Part shown: positions 22,559-35,287 of the stretch, piece by piece
Numbering within the stretch: the first letter of the stretch is position 1
Layout: each line of letters starts with the position of its first letter
From: Piromyces finnis finn
Taxonomy: Eukaryota > Fungi > Neocallimastigomycota
DNA length: 64,000 bases
NCBI GenBank assembly: GCA_002104945.1
Contig: MCFH01000023.1
Coordinates: forward strand, 310,001 to 374,000
Reading direction: 5' to 3'
The notes under the pieces: generated by a model
Databases searched by the model: none
What the model was told of the DNA's origin: nothing
What the model saw: only the letters and a program-made list of their open reading frames with translations
Made by a program: the position numbers and the translations under genes

Positions 22559-25120
22559 CTAAAAACATAAACCATAGCCTACTTGGCAACCAGCCTTACA
22601 GAAATCATTTGTTGTACCACAATGACCATAACTACTACAACAATCATTTTCATCTTGGCAACGTCCATATTTTGGACCACATCTATTTTCGACGGTGGAA
22701 ATTTTTATATTTTTATTAGCGGTTTTTACTGTAGTTTTTACAACTTTTTTAACAGTTGTTTTTACAACCTTTTTAACAGTAGTTTTGACAACTGCTTTTT
22801 TTGTAGTAGTGGTCTTCTTTGTAGTTGTAGTGGTTTTCTTTGTAGTTGTGGTTTTCTTTGGAGCAACAGTAGTAGTAGTCTTCTTTGGAGCAACGGTAGT
22901 AGTAGTCTTCTTTGGAGTAACGGTAGTAGTAGTCTTCTTTGGAGCAACGGTAGTAGTAGTCTTCTTTGGAGCAACGGTAGTAGTAGTCTTCTTTGGAACA
23001 ACGGTAGTAGTAGTCTTCTTTGGAGCAACAGTAGTAGTGGTTGTAGTGGTAGTAGTTGTGGTGGTTTTCTTTGGTTTAGAAGTAGTGTAATAAACTTCAG
23101 CTGAAGATACACTTTCATCAGCGTAATCACCACATTGTTTACTTCTAACTTCAATCCATCTTTTAATACCATATTGGGCATCATTACGATTAAGTTTTGG
23201 ATTATAAGGTACTACTTTGTAGTTAGTATTATCTTTAAAGTTTTCTAAGGTAAAGTGATTTACATATCCATTAATTAAAGGATCTAATTGATCAATTAAT
23301 TTAAAATTCCAAGCTACATCTTCTTCAATTAAACTAGAAAGAGAATCAATTAATGGAGAAATACTTTCAACATTAAATAAACTATCAACAGTTTCTTTCA
23401 TGATTTCATCGTATCTATTTTTTATAATATCATGCTTAAAGAGATTAGAGATAAAGTAAGTATCTTGATTTCTACGTGAGATATCAGCCCATTTAATACA
23501 ATTATCAGTATTATTGAGATAATATTTAGTAAAACGACTTTCTGATCCCATACTTCCATGGAAGGAACCATCAAAGTCATATGGAATAATTTGATATCTG
23601 TCTTCTTCTGGATTGTAGTAAATAGCATAATTACCACTATTTGCCCAGAAATTATCAAAAGCAAAAGTAAGAGATTCAATAACTAATTGACGAAGAAGAG
23701 ATTCCAAATTGAAAAATTCTTCAAGAGCTTCAACAGCATCATAAGATTGATCATTTCCATACTTTAAATCCCATTGATAATATAATTTAGTGAAGTCCTT
23801 TAATCTATAAAATTCATTATTATTAGCTTTTAAATCATCTTTATCAACTTCATCGATTTCATAAGAACCATAACTACGATATTTTTTTACATCTTCACCA
23901 AGATATTTAAGATCAGCACCAGCATATGTTTTATAACTAGTACCTACATGAGCATTATCATCTCCATGAATGAATGGTGCAATCCAGTTATCATTTACGG
24001 AATCAACAAGACTATACATACCATAAATATCATTATTAATCATAACTCTAACATAGGCACTACTATATGTTGGAACACCAACAGCCTTGTATAATTCAGA
24101 AGATAATTTGTCACGCATAAGAGTTGGATCATTAGCATTGCTTCTAAATTTTATTGATTTTCTACCTAAAATCTTTTTATCTAATTTTATCTTCCAAGAT
24201 AACTTTTTATATTTACGACTATCAAAACCTATTAATTGAAGTTTACCAGTTCTTTGGTAAACATCGGTTTTTGTAACAAAAACAACACTACATTCTGCAG
24301 AGTTATCATTCTTTAAACCATTGACAAAAGTATTATACTTTAAATATTCGTATGCACTTTCATCACATTTGGCATAAACAGTATAAACTTGATTATCTTC
24401 ATATTTTTTATATTTATCTGTACCATTACTGAAAATTGGGTCAAAAACTTGTGGAAGAGATTGAATTTTAACATTTTTTTGTTTTCTTATCGTTTAAAAT
24501 TTTAGATTATATTTAAAAAAAAATAAAATTTATATACCCATTAATAATTTATTCATTAAACAATATAATAATATTATTAATGCCTATTTTTCTTTTTTTA
24601 TATACAATTCCCATATTTACCTATTATAAACTTCATTAGTAGAAGCAATTTCATCTGAATATTCTCTTTCAAAATCTTCTTCACTAACAATATCACCATT
24701 ATTATCTAAAACTACATATTTGTATGAAGTACTTGAACCTGATTCAATACTAGTTGTAAAAACTTTTTAAAAAAACAATATATTAATATATTCCAGTATT
24801 TTATTGATAAAATGAAATTTATAAAATATTATATAGTTTACCTGGAAAAGTTTCAGATTTCATTTCAACAACATTATCTTCATACTTTAATCCTAAAGTA
24901 TAAGATGGTTCCATAAGAGATACTACATTAAATTGCCATTTAGCAGCTTCATTGTCAATATTATTTTATATAATATTTGATAAGTTAATATTTTAATCAT
25001 ATATATTTTTTAATTATTTCATTTATTTCTATTAAACAACTTTGTTTATAAATAAATATATATACCATTTGCTAATAAAGCTATATTAGTTAAAGTTAAA
25101 TAAATATTTTGAAATTTCAT
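22559..25120 (-). CDS. cotH: Secreted CotH-family kinase with a Thr/Lys/Val-rich stalk and C-terminal CBM18 (hevein) chitin-binding domain; about 4 exons (25120-25066, about 24946-24842, about 24760-24620, about 24487-22559)
   Basis: Signal-like MKFQNIYLTLTNIALLANA; spliced exons continue in frame into KLSWKIKL..GRKSIKFRSNANDPTLMRDKLS, AYVRVMINNDIYGMYSLVDSV, DNFWANSGNY and PYDFD. C-terminal RCGPKYGRC..CCSSYGHCGTTNDFCKAGCQVGYGLC. Splice sites are inferred. Confidence 0.85.
22790..23080 (-). repeat. Coding minisatellite, 27-bp unit (TTTTVAPKK) x about 7 plus KKTTTT and KKVVKTTV units
   Basis: Repeated gtagtagtagtcttctttggagcaacg on the + strand. Confidence 0.92.
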
Positions 25121-28100
25121 TTTTTTTATTTTTTTAAATAATAAAAATTTTTATTATGATTTTATATAAAATTGAATGAGTTTATGAAAATATTCTTATT
25201 AAAAAAAGATTATATAAGTGATAATTCCTCTCTAGTAAATTTAGTTAGAAAAAGGAATCTCCTTATATTATTATTATTAATTCTAATTTTTTTTTTTCTA
25301 TTTTTTTTTTTTTTTTTTTTGATTTTTTTATTTTTTAAACTAAAATTTTGAACTTTTTTTGATTTTATATGGAAAAAAAAATTATTAATTTAATTGTACT
25401 ACAATTTAGTATTAAATAATATTTTAATTTATATAATTTAATATAGTATATAGTTTATATTGTTAAATAATATAATATATACACGTTTTAAATAAATATA
25501 TAATATTTAATAAAGTTTAGTATAAAACCTATAAAAAAAAAAAAAGGATCTTTTTTATAAAACTATTAGAAATTAGAAATGAATAAGCTATAGTATAAAT
25601 AAATTCATAGGTAATACCGCTATCATTTTATATATCTTAAATAATACAGTTAAAAAAGTTGTATTTCATAAAAAGTAATAATAATTATTTAATCAAAAAA
25701 AGCAAATAAAATAAAAAAAACTTAATATATCTTTCATATATTATAAAAAGTGAATAAAAAAATAAATTAATATACTTTATAAATTATTCATTTATTAGTT
25801 ATTTTTTAATTATTCATACTTTTTTATTTGTTATTTAATTATTATTAAATTATGAATAAATAATATATATTGTTTATATTATTTTTTTTAAATAAAAAAT
25901 GATATGATTTTTTTTATTTTACTTGGCCATAAAATTTTAATATGAAATAAACCCATAATTTTTTTAGCATTACTATTATTTTTTATTTTTTGAAAATATG
26001 AAATAGACATCAATAAATTATAATACAACGATATTATTTTATTTTACTAAATACTATTACACTTTAAAAGTGTAAAGTTAATTTAGAATACATTTTACAA
26101 ATCATTATTTTAAAAAAGTAAGAATTATTCTTTTTTTCTAATTTTTTTTAATATTCTATTTAATATATATAGCATAAAAAATTTTTAAATTTTTTTCTAT
26201 AATTAAAAGTAAATATATTAAAGAATAATTATTTTTTTAAACATTTTGACTACTTAAAATTATGAGAAATATCTAGTTAAAACAAATTTACTCTTTCTTT
26301 TTATTTTTAAATAAACCGATTAATGCGTATTTAAACATGATTATGCATTTAGTGTATTTCTTCATTTATTTTTTTTTACTAGTAATAATATATAATTTTA
26401 CAGAGATTGAAATATAATTTGGGAGAAAAATAATAATAAAAGTTTTAAAATTCTTATTGTTATATTATCAATATTATATGACAAGATACTTTAATTTATA
26501 TATATTAAATATAATTTTATTATTATTAAAATAGTATTTATGGCTAGATCTTTTAAAATATTTTTTAATTAAAATTTAATTTGTGAAACATATTATTATT
26601 AAAATCAAATTAAAAATATATTATTAAAGGGGAAAAAAAAAGTGGAGTCGTTTGTGTAACAATTTAAATTTAATAACTGTATAAATATATTTAATGAAAG
26701 TATTATATATTTTTTTTTTCTTTTTAATGATAATAATTAACAATAGTTTTGATTTATAAATCTAGTAACATTTTATAAATACAATTAATTTTCCTTAAAA
26801 AATAAGAAATAAAAACTAGTTTTAATTATTGAATGAAAAAAAAAATATAAATCATAATCTTACGTTATTTCAAGAAAAAAAAAAAAAAAAAAAAAAAAAA
26901 GATTTATCATGTTTCAAATATTATTTTAATTTAAAATACCTACCGTCAAATACCTTTGTGCGTATCAAAATAATTATTTAGAAGTGAATGATTTTTCTAT
27001 TTTTATTTTATTTTATCATTTAATTAACTAAAACTAATAAAAACTACAAATGGTTTATTATTAAGAAAAAAAATAATTGTTAAATAAATGTTTTATATAA
27101 AGAAAATGATGATTACTATAAAATAATATATAAAATTTTAGAAAAAAGAATTTTGACCTTTTCTATCTTTTTTTTCTAATTTTTTAACTTTGTTAATTCA
27201 TAAAAATTAATAGTATTACTATTGAATTATAAATTAAAAATTAATTAAAGGAATAATCCATAATTTTATGGTTTTAAAAAATAAATTTTAGTTGAAACTC
27301 TGAATGAAAAGTATTAACTGTTTTGTATTGATATTTCATTAAAAATAAATAAAACTATTATCTGGTTATAGTCAATTTTCAATTTATACCTCACTAGGTT
27401 TGCCAAATTATGTAAAAGCAATACGAATCCTCATAATTTGTTATAACTTTCTATTGTGTATTATAAATGGAAAGTTATAACCTACTATATTATAGTAGGT
27501 CTTGTAATGGAAATATTTAAATGTATTATTGTGTAATAATGGGATAATAAAAATAAAAAAAGGAAAATATATATATTTATTATTTATAAATATTTATTAT
27601 TTTTTTAAAAAAAAAATTGTATTTAAAAGGTTTATCTTAAGTTTCTTCATTTTCATTTTATAAAAATTTAAAGCCATTATCATACTTTTTTTTAAGTATA
27701 TAGTATATAAAATTGAAATTAAGAGTTTTTCTTTATATTTAACTATTTTACTCAATATTTTAGGTTAACCTTTTTATTTATTACAAATTTTTTGATTATT
27801 AAATATAGTATATAATAAATGTTTATATAAATTAATTAATAAATAAATCAAGAATTTAATTTATAAAAAGTCTCTTTTCACAGTAAACTAATATACATTT
27901 AATTTATCATACCTATTACTATTGCTAAGGGCTAATTTCAATCAATATTTATTATTAAACACATTCTAGTCATTGAAACATTCTCAATTATATCGCATTT
28001 TAAATATCAATCCATAGCAATATTTTTTTTATTTCAGCATTAATAATAGTTTTCAAAATAATAATAATTACCAACATTCTTAAATACTGTTTATATTATA

Positions 28101-28679
28101 TAACAATTGTAAAAGAATGTCGGTAGTTAACTTTATATTTAAATTAAAACAGCACCTATGAATAATAATTATTTTAAGAATAGGATATTGTATATACAAT
28201 TATATTTCATAAATCAAAAAAAAAAAAAAAAAAAAGAAAGAATATATCATTATTGGTATAATTTTTGAAAAATAGTATTGTAGTAATTTTCAAAATAACT
28301 GTTCTTGCCTATATTTTAAAACCAAAAAGGAATATTAAAAATATTGATTGATAAATAGTACTACACTAAAAAAACAAAAACAAAAAAAAAAAAAAAAAAA
28401 AATTAATTGTACCAACAATTAAAGAGGAAATAATGTATAACTATTCTATTACTCTACACACATAAACTAAAAAGCTACAGTTTTTTTATTTTTATTTTTT
28501 TATTTTACTTAAATAAATATTTATAAATATTTATTTTTAATTATGATACATAAAATATTAATGAATATATTTATATTTTAATATTTATGGATTCTAATTT
28601 TAATTATTACTATTACTATATTATATTCTTATATAATTATATAAAGTATTTTTTTTTTTTATTTTTTATTATTATTTTT

Positions 28680-28905
28680 ACTTTAATTTTTGAATTTATT
28701 TATTTGTTTATTTATATTTATTTATTTATTTATATTCATTTATTTATTTATTTTATTTATTTGTTTATTTATATTTATTTATTTATTTATTTTATATTTT
28801 ATTTAATTTTTGAATTTATTTATTTGTTTATTTATATTTATTTATTTATTTTATATTTTATTTATTTTTTATTTATATTTATTTATATTTATTCATTTAT
28901 TTATT
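28680..28905. repeat. (TTTA)n-rich low-complexity tract with a 120-bp-period direct repeat
   Basis: ttaatttttgaatttatttatttgtttatttatatttatttatttattt at about 28683 and about 28803. Confidence 0.75.
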
Positions 28906-29137
28906 TATTTTTTATTTGTTTGTTTTTGTTAATCTTTACTGTTTTTATTTTTATTTGTTATTTTAATTTTTGTTTTGAATTTTTTGTTTTTTGTGTTATT
29001 ATTTATTATTATTTTTTATGTTGTTTATAATAAATTATTTAAAAATTAGTGGTTTAGATAGCATATAGCATATTTTATTTTATAATGTTAGACATTCAAT
29101 TTTTTTTTCAGTAGGACTTTTAAGACAGTCTCATTTT

Positions 29138-29875
29138 TTATAAGTCATAAAATTCATAAGCGCTAATAGTATATGGAACATTATTACCTAATTTAACAAG
29201 TTTTCTAGCACATTCACGATAGTCATAGGATTCGGAATTATGAAGGCATTCATTAATGGAGGTATTTTCTTCATTTATACAATAGATCTTTTCCTTTTCA
29301 GATCCTAATTGAACCTTAACACAAACACCTTTAGTAACAGGATCATAAATCCAGTTTTCTTTTACAATGCAAGCATAATTAGTAGCATCATTTAATAAAT
29401 AAATGCCATTATTACCCTTACATTCTCTAGAATCAATTACTGGAGAAGAAATAATCTTTTCTTTGGTATTGAAATCTCTGAAACTCATTTGGATGTTGAG
29501 TGGAGAATTAATTAACTTCTTTATACAAGATTCATAATTGTACTTTTCACTAGTGAGGGAACATTCTTCAATATTGGAATATTTACTATTAACACAGTAA
29601 GGCTTGTTGTTACCATAAAAGCAAACAGCATCCTTTGGAGTGATGAGCTTAAATTCTCTATCAGCCATGTATAATTGAAGACAGGCGTAGGTAGACTTAT
29701 CTTTAGAAGAATAAAGGTCAGCAGCAATTGAAGAGCATCCCTTCTTAGCATCCTCATAAGTTTCATTTAACACTGGAAGAGAGGCATAACCATTGTGAAT
29801 GTCAACAGTAGGAGCGGCTTTAATGGTACTGAGAAAAGCAAAAAGAGTAACACCGAAAATAGTTTTGAAATTCAT
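29138..29875 (-). CDS. Secreted Cys-rich protein with two tandem domains of about 100 aa, unknown function
   Basis: Signal peptide MNFKTIFGVTLFAFLSTIKA. The two halves share C..YAC..VC..YC.N...I.EC...S..Y(N/D)Y..C..KL. Codon usage is gene-like. Confidence 0.85.
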   Translation of the reverse strand: MNFKTIFGVTLFAFLSTIKAAPTVDIHNGYASLPVLNETYEDAKKGCSSIAADLYSSKDKSTYACLQLYMADREFKLITPKDAVCFYGNNKPYCVNSKYSNIEECSLTSEKYNYESCIKKLINSPLNIQMSFRDFNTKEKIISSPVIDSRECKGNNGIYLLNDATNYACIVKENWIYDPVTKGVCVKVQLGSEKEKIYCINEENTSINECLHNSESYDYRECARKLVKLGNNVPYTISAYEFYDL

Positions 29876-31599
29876 TTTTACTTTTAAAATTTGCTTGAAT
29901 ATTAAATTAAATTAAGAATTTGTTGAATATTTTTTTTAAATAATAATTTAAAAATCTTATTTTAAACTATCTATTATTTTTAAATAATTTATTATTTTAT
30001 TATTATTTTATTTTTAATATTTTACAAAGAAAATTAAAAGTTTGTCTTTTTTTTTGTTATTTATACTTTTTTTATGATATAATTATTATAAGATTGAAAC
30101 AAGGCATTATCTAATATCATAATATAAATAATATATTGATAATCATTTTTATTAAATATTACCAATTATATATAATAAATAAAAGGTACAGGTTCTATTT
30201 TATTTTTTAATTAGTATTAAAAGTTAGTACAAAAAATATATATATACATATATATAATTTATAGTAGAAATTTAATTTATTTAATATTTTTAGTTTTCTA
30301 TTTTAGAAATGTTTAAAGATTTTTTTAAAAAAAATAATATATAGTTTATAATACTAAAATGTTTTTCTGTTCTTTTTATTACAAAAAAATTAAAATATAT
30401 TTATATATATGTATATATATTTATCATAATAATTTACTCAATAATTAATTATATAAAAGATATTTATGTTAAAATATAAAATATAAAAAGTCTATTAATA
30501 AAATGTTACATATATAGGTATATTTTAACTTATTTTAAATAATAAACAGTAAGAATTATTTTCTGTAAAATTTATTTTCTGTAAAATAATTAAAATACCA
30601 TATATTATATTGCATTCTAATTTGTTGAAGAAAATCTGTTTTTAAAATTTTTAATTTAAATAATTAAAAATGTTTCATAAACATTTTTTAATTGAGAAAT
30701 AAAAAATGTCCATATTGTATAAAATAAATTGAAATAAAATTATAAAAAAATATTATCTAAAAAATAAAAAAGTATATATATGTAATAAGGATAAAATTAA
30801 TATATAAAAAGTATAATTGAATAAATATAGGATAAGTGAATATTTAGTTAAATTTATAATAGGAAAAATTAAACATTAATGCCATTCATTAAGTTTTATA
30901 TTAAAAGAGATATTTATATTTTTTATCGTAAACTTGGCTTGTTCAATTTTTTTTTTTTTTTTAACTTTTAAATGAAATGGTACATATTATGAAATACAGA
31001 AAATATTGTTATAAGAAATTTAAAATAAACTCTAATAAATTTTATAGAAAATCTGATAATGAATTAATTATTATAATGTATTTAATTAAAGAAATAATTG
31101 ATAGCAAGGTGAAGCAATATTTGTATTAAAGGTTATATAATAATAAAAAAAAGTTAATATGAAATAATATGATTATGATTGACTTGCCGAAAGAGCGTTT
31201 CGGTTTATTTCAGTATCATAAGTGCACGTATTGATATTAATTCTACTACTACACTCTTTAATGTTATTGGCAATTAATAGAAAAACACAAATTATATTGA
31301 AGTTTAATATTTATATTCATCACAATGAAGATTTATTTATATGAGGAATTTCTTAAGAATTTCTTTTCCTTTGGATAAAAATATGTTTTTGTTGTAGATT
31401 TATAAATAACATAATAATTTCATAAAATTTACACACATATATATACACAATATTAGATACATAAATTTATATGTTAAATAATTATTTAAAATTTAATTAT
31501 TACTATTACTATTATTATTTTAATAATATTTGAATTTACATATTAATATTTATAAAATTTATTTTTATCAAATAAAACTTTATAAAGTACTAAACCCAA

Positions 31600-32614
31600 T
31601 AACAAGTTCTTTCAATAATTCTTTTTTGTCAATGTTTAAGGGGTAAAAACTTTGGTTTGGATTTTTAAATATAAGTTCTTTATCTAAATCTTTATACGTT
31701 ATTTTTGTTTTAGAGAAAATGAAATTATCTTTATTTTTATTAAAAAAAACTTTCGAAACATTATATTCTGATCTTTTAATTTCTTTTTTAGGTTTAGATA
31801 TAATGAAAATAATTTATTCGTTTCCAATCCTCAATGCGTACATGGACGGTGTTAAATCTTTGTTATTTTTTATATTGTAGTCTGCCTTTTCTTGGCATAA
31901 TTTAATTAAATATTTATCCCCTAAAATAAGAGCATAATGAAGAGCCGTGTACCTGAAATGTCTTGCTGATTTATATTAATATGATATTTAAGTAGTAATT
32001 TAACCCTATCAATATAGCCTCTTTTAATAGAAATAATTAATGCATTTTCATTTTTAATATTTATACCATTAACTTTATCTTTCAATTTTTCTTTTTGCAA
32101 TAATTCATTTAATACATTAGCTTGCGAAATGGCACTTAACATAATTAAAGTATTATCAGTTTCAAAGTCTTTATAATTAAAATCAAAAGTTGGATGGTTA
32201 ATTAAATTAAAAATTAAAACTTGATTATTTAACTTAACAATAAAGAAGCATTTTCTTGACATTTATTTTTTATAGAAAAATCAATGCTCTCATTTATTTT
32301 CACAATATTAATAATATCTGTAGGTAAAAATAAAGAATTAAGTAAAAGTAATGTCATAAAGGTTGTATTTCCATCATCATCATCAGCTATTACATTGAAA
32401 TAACATTTAAAATGATTCAATACATTTAAAACAATTTAGCATCATTGATAGGTATTAAGTTTGTATTAATTTTATTTATAATAACAGAAATAACTGATTC
32501 ACATAATTAATATCTGCTCCATATCTTATTAAAAGTTTTAATTCTTTTAATTCATACTTAAATACATACTAGCAGTTCTAAAACTCTTTTAAATATATTT
32601 TATTTGATAAATCA
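31600..32614 (-). pseudogene. Degenerate ankyrin-repeat gene with frameshifts and stops, abutting LINE copy 3
   Basis: Fragments LKLLIRYGADINYVN, DDDGNT, NENALIISIKRGYIDRVKLLLKYHININQQDISG and ADYNIKNNKDLTPSMYAL fall in different frames. Confidence 0.7.
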
Positions 32615-32624
32615 ATAGTTCAAT

Positions 32625-32627
<3 letters not shown>

Positions 32628-32668
<41 letters not shown>

Positions 32669-33787
32669 GGCATCAAATATTTTAAACTTTATTATTAATT
32701 TAATTAAAATTATAATACATGTAATAAAAAATTAAAAAATAAAAATAAAAATAAAAAAAATATGTTTAAATAAACACAAATGAATAAAATTTGGGTATAA
32801 TGTATTCTAGTAATTTTAATTAAAGTAAGAAAGCCACTATCATACTAAAGTATAATAATTGTATTTGACTTCCAATGGGACACCGAGCCAAAGATCAAAA
32901 TTTTGTCATGGAACAAAATTATGATCTCCATTGGTTGCGCTGGCCCTCCTGGCCTGTCTTACTGTTTCTTCAGCATTGACGCTCTTGGATGTTGCTTCAA
33001 ACCTTTTGAACGTTGTCCATTGCTGGCCAATAGCAAAAGGCATGATTTTGGTTAGAAGTTCCGCGGTTACCGTCAAGAATGGTGTTCCTTCATTAGTACC
33101 AGATTGAATCTGACGCTTACAAAGTTCTTTCCATTCCCTTGAATTGTAATTAATATTGTTAAAACTTCTTCCCCCAAGAAGGAATTTAAATATTTTACTG
33201 CACACACTAGAATAATCATACACATTAATATTCACCGGATTATTAGAACTATTACTATCATTAACTAAAATACTATCTAAATTAGAATTATTATCTTCAC
33301 TATTGTTATCATTACTAATATTATTATTTCTATTACTACTATTGTTATTATTACTATTTCTATTACTACTATTGTTATTATTACTATTGTTACTATTACT
33401 ATTGTTATTACTATTATTGTTACTATTACTATTAATGTTATTGCTATCTCTACTGATATTAACATTTTCATTATTATTGATAGGACTATTGGAATTACGT
33501 TGACTGAAAAAATTTAGTAGCTGGACTATGGAATCATAATGTTTAATACGGATATCTCTAAATGTTGGACAATCTAATAACCAATGTTTAATACTTTGAT
33601 CTCCACACTTGCAACATGGACAGTAGTTAGGACAAACTGGATCAACAAATTTAGCAGCTTTGGCAACTCTAGCATCCAACTTGTATCCGCTTCTTGCTTT
33701 CAAGAGCCAGTAGAAGCCATAGGCAAACTCTGGGTACTCATAACATAATTTAATAAAATCTTTAGTTTCAATAAATTTATTATCATC
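32628..33787 (-). mobile_element. 5'-truncated LINE copy 3 with a 39-nt poly(A) and a 13-bp TSD (ATAGTTCAATAAT at 32615-32627 and 33788-33800)
   Basis: T-run 32627-32665, then the reverse complement of the copy-2 3' UTR. The 296-codon frame runs uninterrupted through the CCHC, Asn tract and C-terminal domain. The TSD is read directly. Confidence 0.95.
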
Positions 33788-33940
33788 ATAGTTCAATAAT
33801 ATTATAATAATATATTATTATTAACTTTCATACAATTTTAAAAAGTATTATTTTATATATTATTTTTTATATTTATTTTGTTCCTTTATTTATTTATATT
33901 ATCTTTTATAACTATATTATAATCATACACTAAATTATTT

Positions 33941-35287
33941 TTATATAGTTCTAATATCAATGTCATTTTCATTTTTATTTATATTTTCAAAAATAAAATG
34001 ACCAACTTTTTCAGAAATTTCTGCAAATCTATCTGCTGTTCTTTGTGTATATAATTTTGCATTGAAAATTAAAAGATACATAGCACCATTCTTTCCTATT
34101 GAAAGTCTAGGATATATAGTGGTAACAAATTCATTGCACTTTTCATTAACATCAGTATGACAACCTGATACTACCTCACATGGTATATTTTCTAATACAT
34201 AATTTTGTCTAAAAATGTTATCAATATCCATTATACCACCTATTCTATTTTTTGATAAATCAAATGGACATCTTCCTAAATTAATTCTATTATTTAATTG
34301 AGTTTTTAAACTTTCTTTGAAATCCTTAAAATTAATTTTTCCATCTTTAAAGTCATACTTGAAAGGAACTTCTTGTAAATGATATCCAATATTATACATT
34401 TCCTTTTTCCAATTTCTACCTGCAAATGTAATAAACATTTCTTGAATGTTCTTTTGATAATTAGAAAATATATATTGAGTAAGTAAAATATTCATTGCCA
34501 AAAAAATGTTATATTTTGAAGCAGATTCAAAACAACTACTTAGTTTTTCTTGTAAATTCTCAAAATTTAATATCTTAAATATTTTTTCTGTGTTTTTTGA
34601 ATTTTTGATTTCTGGATCAACATCTTCATCAAATTCAATTACATAATTTGTATTATTATCATAATTTTTATAATAATAATTATCAATTAAACTATCAGAT
34701 TTTTCATCATTATACTTTTTAAGATAATAAAAATAGTAATCAAAAGGTAATTCTTTATCTAAATAAGCTCTACTTAAAGTATCCCAAAAAACGTTTCCAC
34801 TCCAGCCATCAAATACACCATGATATATATCTACAATAAGATATAAAGATGTTTCACTTAATAAAATAGTAAAATATACTTGTTGTGAATTAAAAGGTTC
34901 AAAAATATGTAAATTTTCTTGAATACTTTGATTAATATCACTATCTTTTATATCTTTAATTGCAATTTCAGGTTCTATTTCTGGACAATACTTTAAAAAG
35001 ACTTCTTCATTTTTTTTAATTAATCGAGATTGCAAACATGGATGATTTTTTATTGTTTTAATCAAAGCTTCTTTAAATTTATCAATGTCGATGTATTCTT
35101 TATTTATTCTTCTTACTTGGAAACAATTTTTTCCAACAGCTAATAAAGGAAGGTTAATGTAAGAACAAATGGAATCATACGGTTTTAAATATAATTTTCT
35201 TGTTTCTAATTCTAAATCTTTTTGATTTTCTACTTCAACATTTTGATTTAAAAGCTCATTTTTTCCAGGAAATTCAAATTCTCTCAT
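33941..35287 (-). CDS. Stand-alone NRPS-type condensation (HxxxDG acyltransferase fold) protein, intronless
   Basis: 448 aa with ALIKTIKNHPCLQSRL, DIYHGVFDGWS (HHxxxDG variant), FAGRNW..MYNIGY and FNAKLYTQRTADRF, the spacing expected of a C domain. No A or T domain is present. Confidence 0.72.
   Translation of the reverse strand: MREFEFPGKNELLNQNVEVENQKDLELETRKLYLKPYDSICSYINLPLLAVGKNCFQVRRINKEYIDIDKFKEALIKTIKNHPCLQSRLIKKNEEVFLKYCPEIEPEIAIKDIKDSDINQSIQENLHIFEPFNSQQVYFTILLSETSLYLIVDIYHGVFDGWSGNVFWDTLSRAYLDKELPFDYYFYYLKKYNDEKSDSLIDNYYYKNYDNNTNYVIEFDEDVDPEIKNSKNTEKIFKILNFENLQEKLSSCFESASKYNIFLAMNILLTQYIFSNYQKNIQEMFITFAGRNWKKEMYNIGYHLQEVPFKYDFKDGKINFKDFKESLKTQLNNRINLGRCPFDLSKNRIGGIMDIDNIFRQNYVLENIPCEVVSGCHTDVNEKCNEFVTTIYPRLSIGKNGAMYLLIFNAKLYTQRTADRFAEISEKVGHFIFENINKNENDIDIRTI

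Noticed and set aside
22790-23080. Regular 27-bp repeats as a CRISPR-like array
   Set aside because: Head-to-tail units with no unique spacers, in frame within a eukaryotic protein.
22583-23679. Hydrophobic or repetitive ORFs 22583-23104, 22695-23090, 22762-23184 and 23422-23679
   Set aside because: Alternate frames of the Thr-rich minisatellite and the CotH exon.
28587-29030. 147-aa F/I/Y/L-rich ORF
   Set aside because: Translation of (TTTA)n low-complexity DNA; stop-free only because of base composition.
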